A stretch of 64,000 nt of DNA from an uncultured Acidobacteriota bacterium (GTDB lineage Bacteria; Acidobacteriota; Blastocatellia; RBC074). The stretch's first letter is position 1; the number at the start of each line of letters is the position of its first letter. The DNA is taken from positions 288,001 to 352,000 of the forward strand of contig CAWCKY010000004.1 in NCBI GenBank assembly GCA_963796275.1, in the 5' to 3' direction. The notes beneath the pieces were generated by a model. That model made no database searches. It had not been told where the DNA came from and saw only the letters and a program-made list of their open reading frames with translations. The position numbers were made by a program, and so were the translations under genes. Below are positions 20,116-28,411 of this stretch, one piece after another.

Positions 20116-23100
20116 TTAGAACTTCAGTTTCAGCGCCAACTGAATCTGCCTTGGGTTGAAGACATCGCGCGTCGACATAAAGCCCGCCACCGGAGCCACG
20201 TTCAGATTGCTGCTGCCGTAGAACGTGCTGATGTCACGTATATTGACCCGATTGAACAGATTGAAGAAATCGACGCTGAATTCGCTGTTCAATCTCTCTG
20301 TGAATTTGATCGGTCGCGCCACCCGCGCATCGACCGACGCGAAGCGTGGCCCCATCAACGTGTTGCGCCCGAGAACCCCCGGTCGGTCCGAGAGCGGGTT
20401 CCCGTCAGCGTTCGCGTCGAAGCCGGTGAAGACCGTGAAGGGTCTCCCGCTCTCGATCGCCACCAGCGAACTGAACTTGAAATCACGCAGCAACGGTACC
20501 CCCTTCGGCACCTGCTCGAGGAACGAGAGGGTGAACCGATGCGCCAAATGCTGGCGTGACAGCGCCCACTCGCTCAACCCAGGCGCTTGCGGAAAATCAT
20601 TCAGGGCCGCCGACGAATCGACCCCTCCGTCTGACATCGTCTTCGAGAAGGTGTAGCTCCCATGTACCCCAAACCCTAGGCCGAATCGCCTCTCGATGTC
20701 TAATGTCCCGCCATGATAGGCCGTGTCTCCCAGGTTGGTGACGAAGACTATGTCGCCCAGTTCGGGAAATACCCGCGACCCGAAGAATGGTTGGCCAGGC
20801 GCCGGCGGCCCCATCGGCCCGACCGGCGGCGCTGGCGTCACCACCGCATTCAGGTTGCCCGAGCGTCCAATCAGCTTCACGCCATGCACGTACAGATATC
20901 CGGCAGTCAATGCCACGCCGCCCGGGAGTTCTTGCGATATCTGCAGGCTCGCCTGCGTGGTATACGGCGTGTCCAGGTTCCCGACCAATGTATCATTGAG
21001 CGTCGGTCTGCCCATCACCGGCGTCTGCCCCGTTGTCAGGAAGGTGAGCGTCGCCGGCGTCGCCATAGGTCCAGTCACGATCGTCTGGCTGAAACGGCCG
21101 CCGAACGTGGTCACACCCGGGAACAGTACCGCCGCATTCGGCAGATTGCCTCGGTTATTATATTCGGTCGCGTTGAAGCTCTGCCCGATGCTTGATGCCA
21201 ACCGATCGTTGAATATCCCGAATCCTACTCGCACCACTCCCTTCGGGTTCCAACTGTAGGCCAGCCCGATGCGTGGCTGGAAATTGTTCGTATCTCGATC
21301 CTGAACAAAGCGTGAGGGATAGCCCTCAACGTCATATCGCACTCCATATGTCAGGCTCAACTTCGGTGTCACCCTCCACTGATCCTGGACGAAGCCTCCA
21401 AAGATGCTGTGATTGAGCGTGAACCCGGTGCTGTTTGCGTAGACGCTCGGCAACGCCTGCGTGAACGGCACAGGCACCTGATAACCTGGTGCCGCCGCCG
21501 AACTCGGCCACCAGAAGACTGCCGGGCCCATGGTCGGATCCGGCGCCGCCGTCGGCGTGAAACCTAACAGCCGGGGCAGCGTCGGAAAGATGATCCTCGC
21601 CGGGAAAAACAGATTCCACATGCTCTCGTCATGCAAATAGTTGTAATCCCCTCCGAACTTGAACTGATGCGCCCCTCTGGAATAGCTGAAGTTGTCCGTC
21701 ACTTGTATCCGGTCTTCCTGATAGTAGTCCAGGTCGGCCGGGTTCTTGCCCATCGTCAAGAGGTTGCTCACCTCGATCGTCGGCTCGCTGTTGACGCTCG
21801 GAAACCCGAAACTCCGCCTCGCCAATTGCAACCTCGCCTCGTTCGATGCGCGCGGCGAGAGCACTGAAATGAAAGTCCCTACCACCGACTGGTCGTCTGC
21901 GCTGTTGTTGCGGGCGCTCGATGAAAGGGAGGCCGCGCGACTCCCGCCGCCCAGGAAGTTGCTGGTATCCGCGGTCAGGTAGTTGTAGCGCAGCGAGAGG
22001 GCGCTGGCCCCAATCACATGGTCGACCTTCCCCAGGAATTGATCGTAGTTGTTCGAGCGAACCTGATTGAGTGTTTCCGGCACCAGATTGAATTGGGAGC
22101 GGAAGGCATTGATCGCCCCCAGGTTGCTCTGGATCACCTGCGCGAAGCGGTTCGATTCGTCGCGCCGCTGACCTTCATAGTTGACGAAGTAGAAGGTGCT
22201 GTCTTTCTTGATCGGCCCGCCGAAGGTCGACCCGTACTGGTGCTGCCGCAGCACGGCGGCGCCGGGAGCATTGAGGATCGATTGCGCGTTGAGCGCGTCG
22301 TTGATGCCGAAATAGTAGACCGATCCGTTCACACTATTACCGCCGGAGCGCGTGATAATGTTGACGAAGCCGCCGCTGGCTCGCCCGTATTCGGCCAGAT
22401 AGGTTGAATTGAGTACGCGAAACTCGCTCGCCGCCTCCTGCGACGGCGTCGCGCGCGGCAGTCCGGTGAAGGTCTGTATGTTATCGGCTCCGTCCACCTG
22501 GATCAGCGTGCTGAGTTCATTCTGGCCGGCGAATGACAGGCGCGGCGCCGCGACCGCTCCGACGCCGACATCCGGCTCCTTGAAAACGCCGCCGAAGATG
22601 GCCTCACGTCCTACCGCGATCCCGCTCGATAGTTTGACGAAGTCTACGAAGTTGCGCCCGATGTTGGGCAGCCCTTGAATCTCGTCCTCAGAGACCATGC
22701 GGCTCATATCTGTCTTGTTGGGCTCCGTATATGGATTATTCACATCGATATCCACTTTGTCGGAGACTCCGCCCACTTCCATCTGCACATCTTTGTTGGT
22801 CGTGCCGCCGACGTACAGTATCAGATTTCTCTGAATCAGCAGCTTAAAGCCGGCCGCCTGGACCTGCAACTCATAGTTGCCCGGCTCCAGAAAGGCGAAC
22901 ACATACCGCCCAGCATTGTCGCTCGTGACCTGACGCGATTTGCCGGTCGCGTTGTTTTTGACGGTGATGGTCGCCTCCTTTATTACCTCCCCTTGCTCAT
23001 TACGAACAACTCCCGAGAGCGTAGCTGTCGGAGTCTGTCCGTAGCCGACGACGGCGACCGCCATCAGCAGCAAGAGCAATACGGCTGATTTCGAGACAAG

Positions 23101-23139
23101 AACGCTAATTTTCTGCTTGGTCATATTGATCAGCTCCAA
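20116..23139 (-). CDS. TonB-dependent transporter, unit 1 gene A
   Basis: Same architecture. The body is almost identical to 16905-19892, with a different N-terminus (MTKQKIS...). The start may be 23124. Confidence 0.93.
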   Translation of the reverse strand: MELINMTKQKISVLVSKSAVLLLLLMAVAVVGYGQTPTATLSGVVRNEQGEVIKEATITVKNNATGKSRQVTSDNAGRYVFAFLEPGNYELQVQAAGFKLLIQRNLILYVGGTTNKDVQMEVGGVSDKVDIDVNNPYTEPNKTDMSRMVSEDEIQGLPNIGRNFVDFVKLSSGIAVGREAIFGGVFKEPDVGVGAVAAPRLSFAGQNELSTLIQVDGADNIQTFTGLPRATPSQEAASEFRVLNSTYLAEYGRASGGFVNIITRSGGNSVNGSVYYFGINDALNAQSILNAPGAAVLRQHQYGSTFGGPIKKDSTFYFVNYEGQRRDESNRFAQVIQSNLGAINAFRSQFNLVPETLNQVRSNNYDQFLGKVDHVIGASALSLRYNYLTADTSNFLGGGSRAASLSSSARNNSADDQSVVGTFISVLSPRASNEARLQLARRSFGFPSVNSEPTIEVSNLLTMGKNPADLDYYQEDRIQVTDNFSYSRGAHQFKFGGDYNYLHDESMWNLFFPARIIFPTLPRLLGFTPTAAPDPTMGPAVFWWPSSAAAPGYQVPVPFTQALPSVYANSTGFTLNHSIFGGFVQDQWRVTPKLSLTYGVRYDVEGYPSRFVQDRDTNNFQPRIGLAYSWNPKGVVRVGFGIFNDRLASSIGQSFNATEYNNRGNLPNAAVLFPGVTTFGGRFSQTIVTGPMATPATLTFLTTGQTPVMGRPTLNDTLVGNLDTPYTTQASLQISQELPGGVALTAGYLYVHGVKLIGRSGNLNAVVTPAPPVGPMGPPAPGQPFFGSRVFPELGDIVFVTNLGDTAYHGGTLDIERRFGLGFGVHGSYTFSKTMSDGGVDSSAALNDFPQAPGLSEWALSRQHLAHRFTLSFLEQVPKGVPLLRDFKFSSLVAIESGRPFTVFTGFDANADGNPLSDRPGVLGRNTLMGPRFASVDARVARPIKFTERLNSEFSVDFFNLFNRVNIRDISTFYGSSNLNVAPVAGFMSTRDVFNPRQIQLALKLKF

Positions 23140-23160
23140 ATGTTCACTTTAATGTTGATT

Positions 23161-24111
23161 CTAGGGGCGACTTCTAAAATTGAAATTCAAGATGCCCTGC
23201 ACCTTGATCGGCGCGCCGTTGAGCGTGGTCGGTCTGAAGACCCATTTTAATGCCGCATCAACTGCCGCGAGGCGGAGAGTCTCGTGACCGCTAATGGCCT
23301 TGGCATCAATGACGCGTCCCGATTCCGAGATCGTTACCTGTACCTTCACCGTTCCGTAAGCCTTCAACATCCTGGCAGTCGGCGGGTAGACCGCTTCTAC
23401 TCTGGTGACGGCATTCCCAACCAGTACATTGTCAACTACCTGTTGGATACCTTGGGGCTGGCCCGGTTGAGAAGAACTCTGAAACCGGCTGGGGGGCGGT
23501 GGCGGCACATCTTCCGGCGGCGATAAGGGCTGTTGCCCATCCAGGTTGGCCGTCAGAACGTCATTATCCATAGGTAAAAGCGATTGAGGTTTCACCTGGG
23601 GCGGCAATTCGATACGTGGCTCATTGGCGTCGATGCTGGGGAGTGTGACCGGCCTATTCCGCACATATTCCTCCATCCGACCGGAGAGCAGCATTGGTAG
23701 ATCGCTCAATCGTCTGGCCGAATAGAGCTGTTCGCCATACTCGACAACTCCGAAATTGTAAGCAACTCTGCCAGTGAGACCTCTTTTGAAAGATCCAATC
23801 GAGAATGTGATCACTACCTTGTGCCCATCCGGTAACGTCGCATTGCCTTCCAGACAAGCAGGCAGGTCCGGCACTTCATTACTGGGCGCCGTAGTTGCCT
23901 CTCCGCATTCTGACAATTGCCAAATTACACCGGCGCGCGGGCCAACAAGTTGGTTGAACCAGAGGGGCAGAGAAACATTCGGCAATCCAGGATCCAGATC
24001 GGATGCAGGTGTGCGTTGTACTAAAGCTAACGCCTGCTTTTCCAGCGAGTCCGTTTGCAACAACGTACTAACCCATAGGCACAACACAATAGCGATCGCT
24101 GAGACCTTCAT
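23161..24111 (-). CDS. tonB: TonB-family energy transducer with an extra N-terminal domain (unit 1)
   Basis: Pro-rich linker, then TonB_C motif YP..AR.....GTVKVQVTISESG.V.....ISG...L..AA..A..KW.F.P. AGGAGG RBS. Confidence 0.88.
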   Translation of the reverse strand: MKVSAIAIVLCLWVSTLLQTDSLEKQALALVQRTPASDLDPGLPNVSLPLWFNQLVGPRAGVIWQLSECGEATTAPSNEVPDLPACLEGNATLPDGHKVVITFSIGSFKRGLTGRVAYNFGVVEYGEQLYSARRLSDLPMLLSGRMEEYVRNRPVTLPSIDANEPRIELPPQVKPQSLLPMDNDVLTANLDGQQPLSPPEDVPPPPPSRFQSSSQPGQPQGIQQVVDNVLVGNAVTRVEAVYPPTARMLKAYGTVKVQVTISESGRVIDAKAISGHETLRLAAVDAALKWVFRPTTLNGAPIKVQGILNFNFRSRP

Positions 24112-24887
24112 ATCCCTCCTGGTACTCTTACAGCGAACACTCCCAGTTGATAACGGCGCGGAAAGCCCTTTATGAGCTCATGAATACCTAAGAATGGGGC
24201 AGTGAGAAGGCTGCAGCGTGACCGCAGCTTAGATGTGCAAAAATGTATATACACAGCCAGACCACTCCAGTCGAGACTAGGCCGACTACTATCCATTATC
24301 TAGGAAGAGGAGTAGGACATTTACCCGGCAATTACCAATATGTTGTTAACTGTTAGGGAAATTGTCCCGTATGTCTCGGTTTAGGAAATGAGGCATCCGC
24401 TAACGATACACCGGACGACTCGTTTCTAAGAGCGTGTTTTCAAGAGGCTTCAGCCGGTACTGATTGCAGGGTGCGGACGAACAACTCTACCCGAACGATC
24501 AGTCCATTAGATTTGGACCGATCCATTCATGTCGGGGCTTTATTGGGGTGCGTTAATTAGCGTCTGCGTAATCGGATCGATTTATAGATCGTCAAACGCA
24601 GCGATGAGGAAAAAGGGTTCGTTGTTCTGCTCGCCGTTGGAAAGTTGAGCGAACTTTCGTCCGGGCTCAGTTTTTTGTCGTCGATTAAGGGTTAATCAAG
24701 CGACGACGAAGTGTACCTGCTGATAACGAGCGAAACTCTTACTTTACATTTCAATGATCGGACCGAAGCTTGCTCGGGTAGCATGAATGTGTTAAACACG
24801 CTTTAACCGAAATTTGTCCGCAAAGTCTTAGTTAAATTACTACAATGTGAGCGGTTTCCAATGTGCAAATGACTTCTTAAGCACGTA
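24112..24887 (-). ncRNA. Candidate large structured RNA / 5' leader, copy 1
   Basis: Conserved in three copies with no conserved ORF. Multiple helices have G-U pairs favouring the minus strand, and one long-range pair is compensatory. Confidence 0.6.
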
Positions 24888-24893
24888 ACGCAA

Positions 24894-24922
24894 ACAGTAC
24901 CCGTTTCGTCATGTTCTGTCAA
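24894..24922 (-). promoter_or_regulatory. Sigma70-type promoter (unit 1)
   Basis: TTGACA-17 bp-TACTGT on the minus strand, conserved in all three units. Confidence 0.75.
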
Positions 24923-25094
24923 CAGGAAACCCGTCCGAGGTTCGCTCATCGCAAGCGCGTTATCGCGAAACCATCTCCGCGGTAATCTTAAATTCCTCTG
25001 TTCGCAGGTTGTCACGCGTATGATATTAAACGGAGAGCGGGACGGTCATCAATTTGGCTCTAACATCCGAGTAAGTGCGGTTGCGCCGGGAATC

Positions 25095-25220
25095 AGTTTT
25101 CAGTTTCAGTTTTTAGTTTTTAGTTTTTAGTTTTTAGCCACTCATTCTGAATGCTAAAAATTGAAATCTGAAAACCGAAATCTGAAAACTAAAAACTAAA
25201 AACTGAAAACTGAAAACTGT
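25095..25220. repeat. Long palindromic heptamer-repeat element
   Basis: (TTTTTAG)n CCACTCATTCTGAATG (CTAAAAA/CTGAAAA)n, just downstream of TBDT B2. Confidence 0.85.
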
Positions 25221-25231
25221 AACCCGTCTTC

Positions 25232-28222
25232 TCAAAATTTCAGCTTGAAGCCGACTTGGATCTGCCTCGGATTGAAGACATCACTCGGCGTACCGAAGCT
25301 GGCTACCGGAGGCACGTTCAGATTGCTGCTGCCGTAAAACGTGGTGAGATTCCGGATATTACTCCGGTTGAACAGATTGAAGAAATCAACGTTGAATTCG
25401 CTGTTCAATCTTTCCGTCAGTCTGATCGGTCGCGCAACCCGCGCATCGACTGAGGCGAAGCCTGGCCCCATCAACGTGCTGCGCCCAAGAAATCCCGGTC
25501 GGTCCGAGAACGGGTTGCCGTCAGCGTTGGCGTCGAATCCGGTGAAGACCGTGTAGGGTCTCCCGCTCTCGATCGCCACCAGCGAACTGAACCTGAAATC
25601 ACGCAGCAACGGCACGCCCTTCGGCACCTGCTCGAGGAACGAGAGCGTGAACCGATGCGCTAAATGCTGGCGCGACAGCGCCCACTCGCTAACCCCAGGC
25701 GCTTCGGGAAAGTCACCCAGGCTTGTCGGCGAATCGACTCCGCCGTCTGACATTGTCTTTGCGAAGGTGTAGCTCCCGTGAACTCCAAACCCCAGTCCGA
25801 ATCGCTTCTCGAGCTCCAATGTTCCGCTATGATAGACCGAGTCTCCCTGGTTGGTGAGGAAGAAGGCGTCGCCCAGTTCCATGAAGGTCCGCGCCCCGAA
25901 GTATGGTTTGCCAGGCGCCGGCGGCGGTCCCATCAGATTCATAGGCACCGGCGTCGCCACAGCATTCAGGTTGGGCGTGCGGCCCAACAGCTTCGTTCCA
26001 TGCACATACAGATAGCTAGCTGTCAGAGCCATCCCGCCCGGGAGTTCTTGCGACATCTGCAGGCTCGCCTGCGTGGTATAGGGCGTGTCCAGGTTCCCGT
26101 CCAACGAATCATTGAGCGTCGGCAACCCGGCCGCCGGCGTCCGCCCCGTTGCCAGGAAGTTGATCGCCGCCGTCGTCGCCCCAGGCCCGGGGAGGATCGT
26201 CTGGCTGTAGCGGCCGCCGAAAGGTGCCACACCTGGGAACAGCACAGACGAATTCGGCAGATTGCCGCGGTTATTATATTCGACCGTATTGAAGGCCTGC
26301 CCGATGCTCGGCGCCAGCCGATCGTTGAAAAGCCCGAATCCGAGCCGCACAACTCCCTTCTGGTTCCAATTATAGGCCAGCCCGATTCGTGGCTGGACAT
26401 TGTTCATATCACGTTTCTGAATATAGCGTGAGGGATAGCCCTCGACGTCATATCGCACGCCATATGTCAGGCTCAGCTTCTGGGTCACCTTCCATTGATC
26501 CTGGACGAAGCCTCCAATGATGCTGTGATTGAGCCGGAAATTGTTGGCATCTCCGTATGCGTCCGGGAACGCCTGCGTGAACGGCACCGGCACCTGATAA
26601 CCACCCGGCGAACTCACCAGGGTCGGCCACCAGAAGAGCACCGGGCCCGTGGTCGGACTCGGCACCGTCGTCGGCGAGAAATTCAACAGCCGGTCCAGCG
26701 TCGGAAAGATGATCCGCGCCGGGAAGAACAGATTCCACACGCTCTCGTCATGCAAATAGTTGTAATCCCCTCCGAACTTGAACTGATGCGCCCCTCGGGT
26801 ATAGCTGAAGTTGTCCGTCACCTGTATGCGGTCTTCCTTATAGAAGTCCAGGTCGGCCACGTTCCTGCCCGTCGACAAGAGATTGCTCACCTCGAACGTG
26901 GGCTCGAAGACGGTGCTCGGAAAATTGAAACTACGCCTCGACAATTGCAACCGCGCCTCGTTCGACGCGCGCGGCGAGAGCGCTGAAATGAAAGTCCCGA
27001 CCACAGCCTGGTCGTCCGTGTTGTTGTTGCGCGCACTCGTTGAACTGGAGCCGAGAGTTCCCGGCCCGAGAAAGTTGGTGGTATCCGCGGTCAGGTAGTT
27101 GTAGCGCAGCGAGAGCGCATTGTCCCCGATCACATGGTTGACCTTCCCCAGGAATTGATCGTAATTGTTCGAGCGGACCTGATTGAGAGTTTCCCGCGCC
27201 ACCAGGTTGAATCGGGCGCGGAAAGCGTTGAGCCCCGCCAGGTTTTGCTGAGTCACCTGCGGAAAGCGGTTCGATTCGTCGCGCCGCTGGCCTTCATAGT
27301 TGACGAAGTAGAAGGTGCTGTCTTTCTTGATCGGGCCGCCGAGAGTCGCCCCGTACTGGTGCTGCCGCAGCACGTCGGCATCGGGAGTATTGAGGATCGA
27401 GCGGGCGTTGAGCGCGTCATTCATCCCGAAATAATAGACCGATCCATTCACACTATTACCGCCCGAGCGCGTAATGATATTGACGAAGCCTCCCATGGCT
27501 CGTCCGTATTCGGCCAGATAAGTTGAATTGAGTACGCGAAACTCGCTGGCCGCTTCCTGCGACGGCGTCGCGCGCGGCAAGCCGGTGAAGGTCTGTATGT
27601 TATCGGCTCCGTCCACCTGGATCAAAGTGGCTAGTTCCAGCTGGCCCGCGAATGACAGGCGCGGCGCCGCGACCGCCCCAACGCCGACGTCCGGCTCTTT
27701 GAACACCCCGGGGGTGATGTTCTCACGTCCCAGAGTGACCCCGCTCGAGAGTTTCACGAAGTCAACGAAGTTTCGCCCGATGTTGGGTAACGACTCGATC
27801 TCTTCCGTCTCGATCACCCGACTCAGCCCGGCTCCGTTCGGCTCGATCAACGGCTCTCGCTCCTCGATCGTAACCTGTTCCGTTAGCTCGCCCACACTCA
27901 TCGATATATCCGCCACTAACGCACCACCGACGCTCAGCGTCAGACCGCTCTTAAGAGCGACCTTGTAACCCGACGCCTCAACCCGCAACTCATAACTGCC
28001 CGGCTCCAGGTTGGTGAAACTATACCGCCCCGCGTTATCAGTCAAAATCGTGCGTGTCTTCCCGGTCGCGATGTGTCTGACTTTAACGGCCGCTCCAGGA
28101 ATAATCCCCTTTTGTTGGTCGCGCACGACTCCGGAGAGCGTCGCGGTCGGAGTCTGCGCGCAGATCCCGATAGCCACCAACAACAAAGCAGCCAAAACCG
28201 AGTAAAATTTCGCCTTGAGCAT
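25232..28222 (-). CDS. TonB-dependent transporter, unit 2 gene B
   Basis: Starts MLKAKFYS (B-type N-terminus, as at 19892) and ends QVGFKLKF. Confidence 0.93.
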   Translation of the reverse strand: MLKAKFYSVLAALLLVAIGICAQTPTATLSGVVRDQQKGIIPGAAVKVRHIATGKTRTILTDNAGRYSFTNLEPGSYELRVEASGYKVALKSGLTLSVGGALVADISMSVGELTEQVTIEEREPLIEPNGAGLSRVIETEEIESLPNIGRNFVDFVKLSSGVTLGRENITPGVFKEPDVGVGAVAAPRLSFAGQLELATLIQVDGADNIQTFTGLPRATPSQEAASEFRVLNSTYLAEYGRAMGGFVNIITRSGGNSVNGSVYYFGMNDALNARSILNTPDADVLRQHQYGATLGGPIKKDSTFYFVNYEGQRRDESNRFPQVTQQNLAGLNAFRARFNLVARETLNQVRSNNYDQFLGKVNHVIGDNALSLRYNYLTADTTNFLGPGTLGSSSTSARNNNTDDQAVVGTFISALSPRASNEARLQLSRRSFNFPSTVFEPTFEVSNLLSTGRNVADLDFYKEDRIQVTDNFSYTRGAHQFKFGGDYNYLHDESVWNLFFPARIIFPTLDRLLNFSPTTVPSPTTGPVLFWWPTLVSSPGGYQVPVPFTQAFPDAYGDANNFRLNHSIIGGFVQDQWKVTQKLSLTYGVRYDVEGYPSRYIQKRDMNNVQPRIGLAYNWNQKGVVRLGFGLFNDRLAPSIGQAFNTVEYNNRGNLPNSSVLFPGVAPFGGRYSQTILPGPGATTAAINFLATGRTPAAGLPTLNDSLDGNLDTPYTTQASLQMSQELPGGMALTASYLYVHGTKLLGRTPNLNAVATPVPMNLMGPPPAPGKPYFGARTFMELGDAFFLTNQGDSVYHSGTLELEKRFGLGFGVHGSYTFAKTMSDGGVDSPTSLGDFPEAPGVSEWALSRQHLAHRFTLSFLEQVPKGVPLLRDFRFSSLVAIESGRPYTVFTGFDANADGNPFSDRPGFLGRSTLMGPGFASVDARVARPIRLTERLNSEFNVDFFNLFNRSNIRNLTTFYGSSNLNVPPVASFGTPSDVFNPRQIQVGFKLKF

Positions 28223-28282
28223 TTTAAATCTCCATAAGTTGAACCCCGCCCGGGACTCTATTAACTGCACAGGTTACCTATA

Positions 28283-28408
28283 TTAAACGAAACCGGCGGA
28301 GGATTGAACCTCTCGCCGGTGATGAGAGAATGGATCAATACAGCAGGCAGTAGCGAGCGAGTCTCCACCAACCGATAAAGACTCGCCAGCCACCGCTCGC
28401 AGTACTGG
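28283..28408 (-). terminator. Inter-TBDT module: REP-like repeat plus terminator-like hairpin (unit 2)
   Basis: Minus strand ACCGGCGAGAGGT-TCA-ATCCTCCGCCGGT-TTCGTTT, with adjacent GCGAGTC...GACTCGC inverted repeat. Confidence 0.6.
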
Positions 28409-28411
28409 TTT

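Noticed and set aside
24108-24296. 62-aa ORF overlapping the tonB start (also 32399-32587) as a leader peptide
   Set aside because: Differences between copies 1 and 2 are mostly amino-acid changing and copy 3 is frameshifted. The conservation is better explained by RNA structure.
24112-24887. Cobalamin or other known riboswitch, or group II intron, in the leader
   Set aside because: I found no B12-box (GGGAA...GCCACTG...AGYCAG) and no full domain-V helix by eye. An Rfam scan is still needed.
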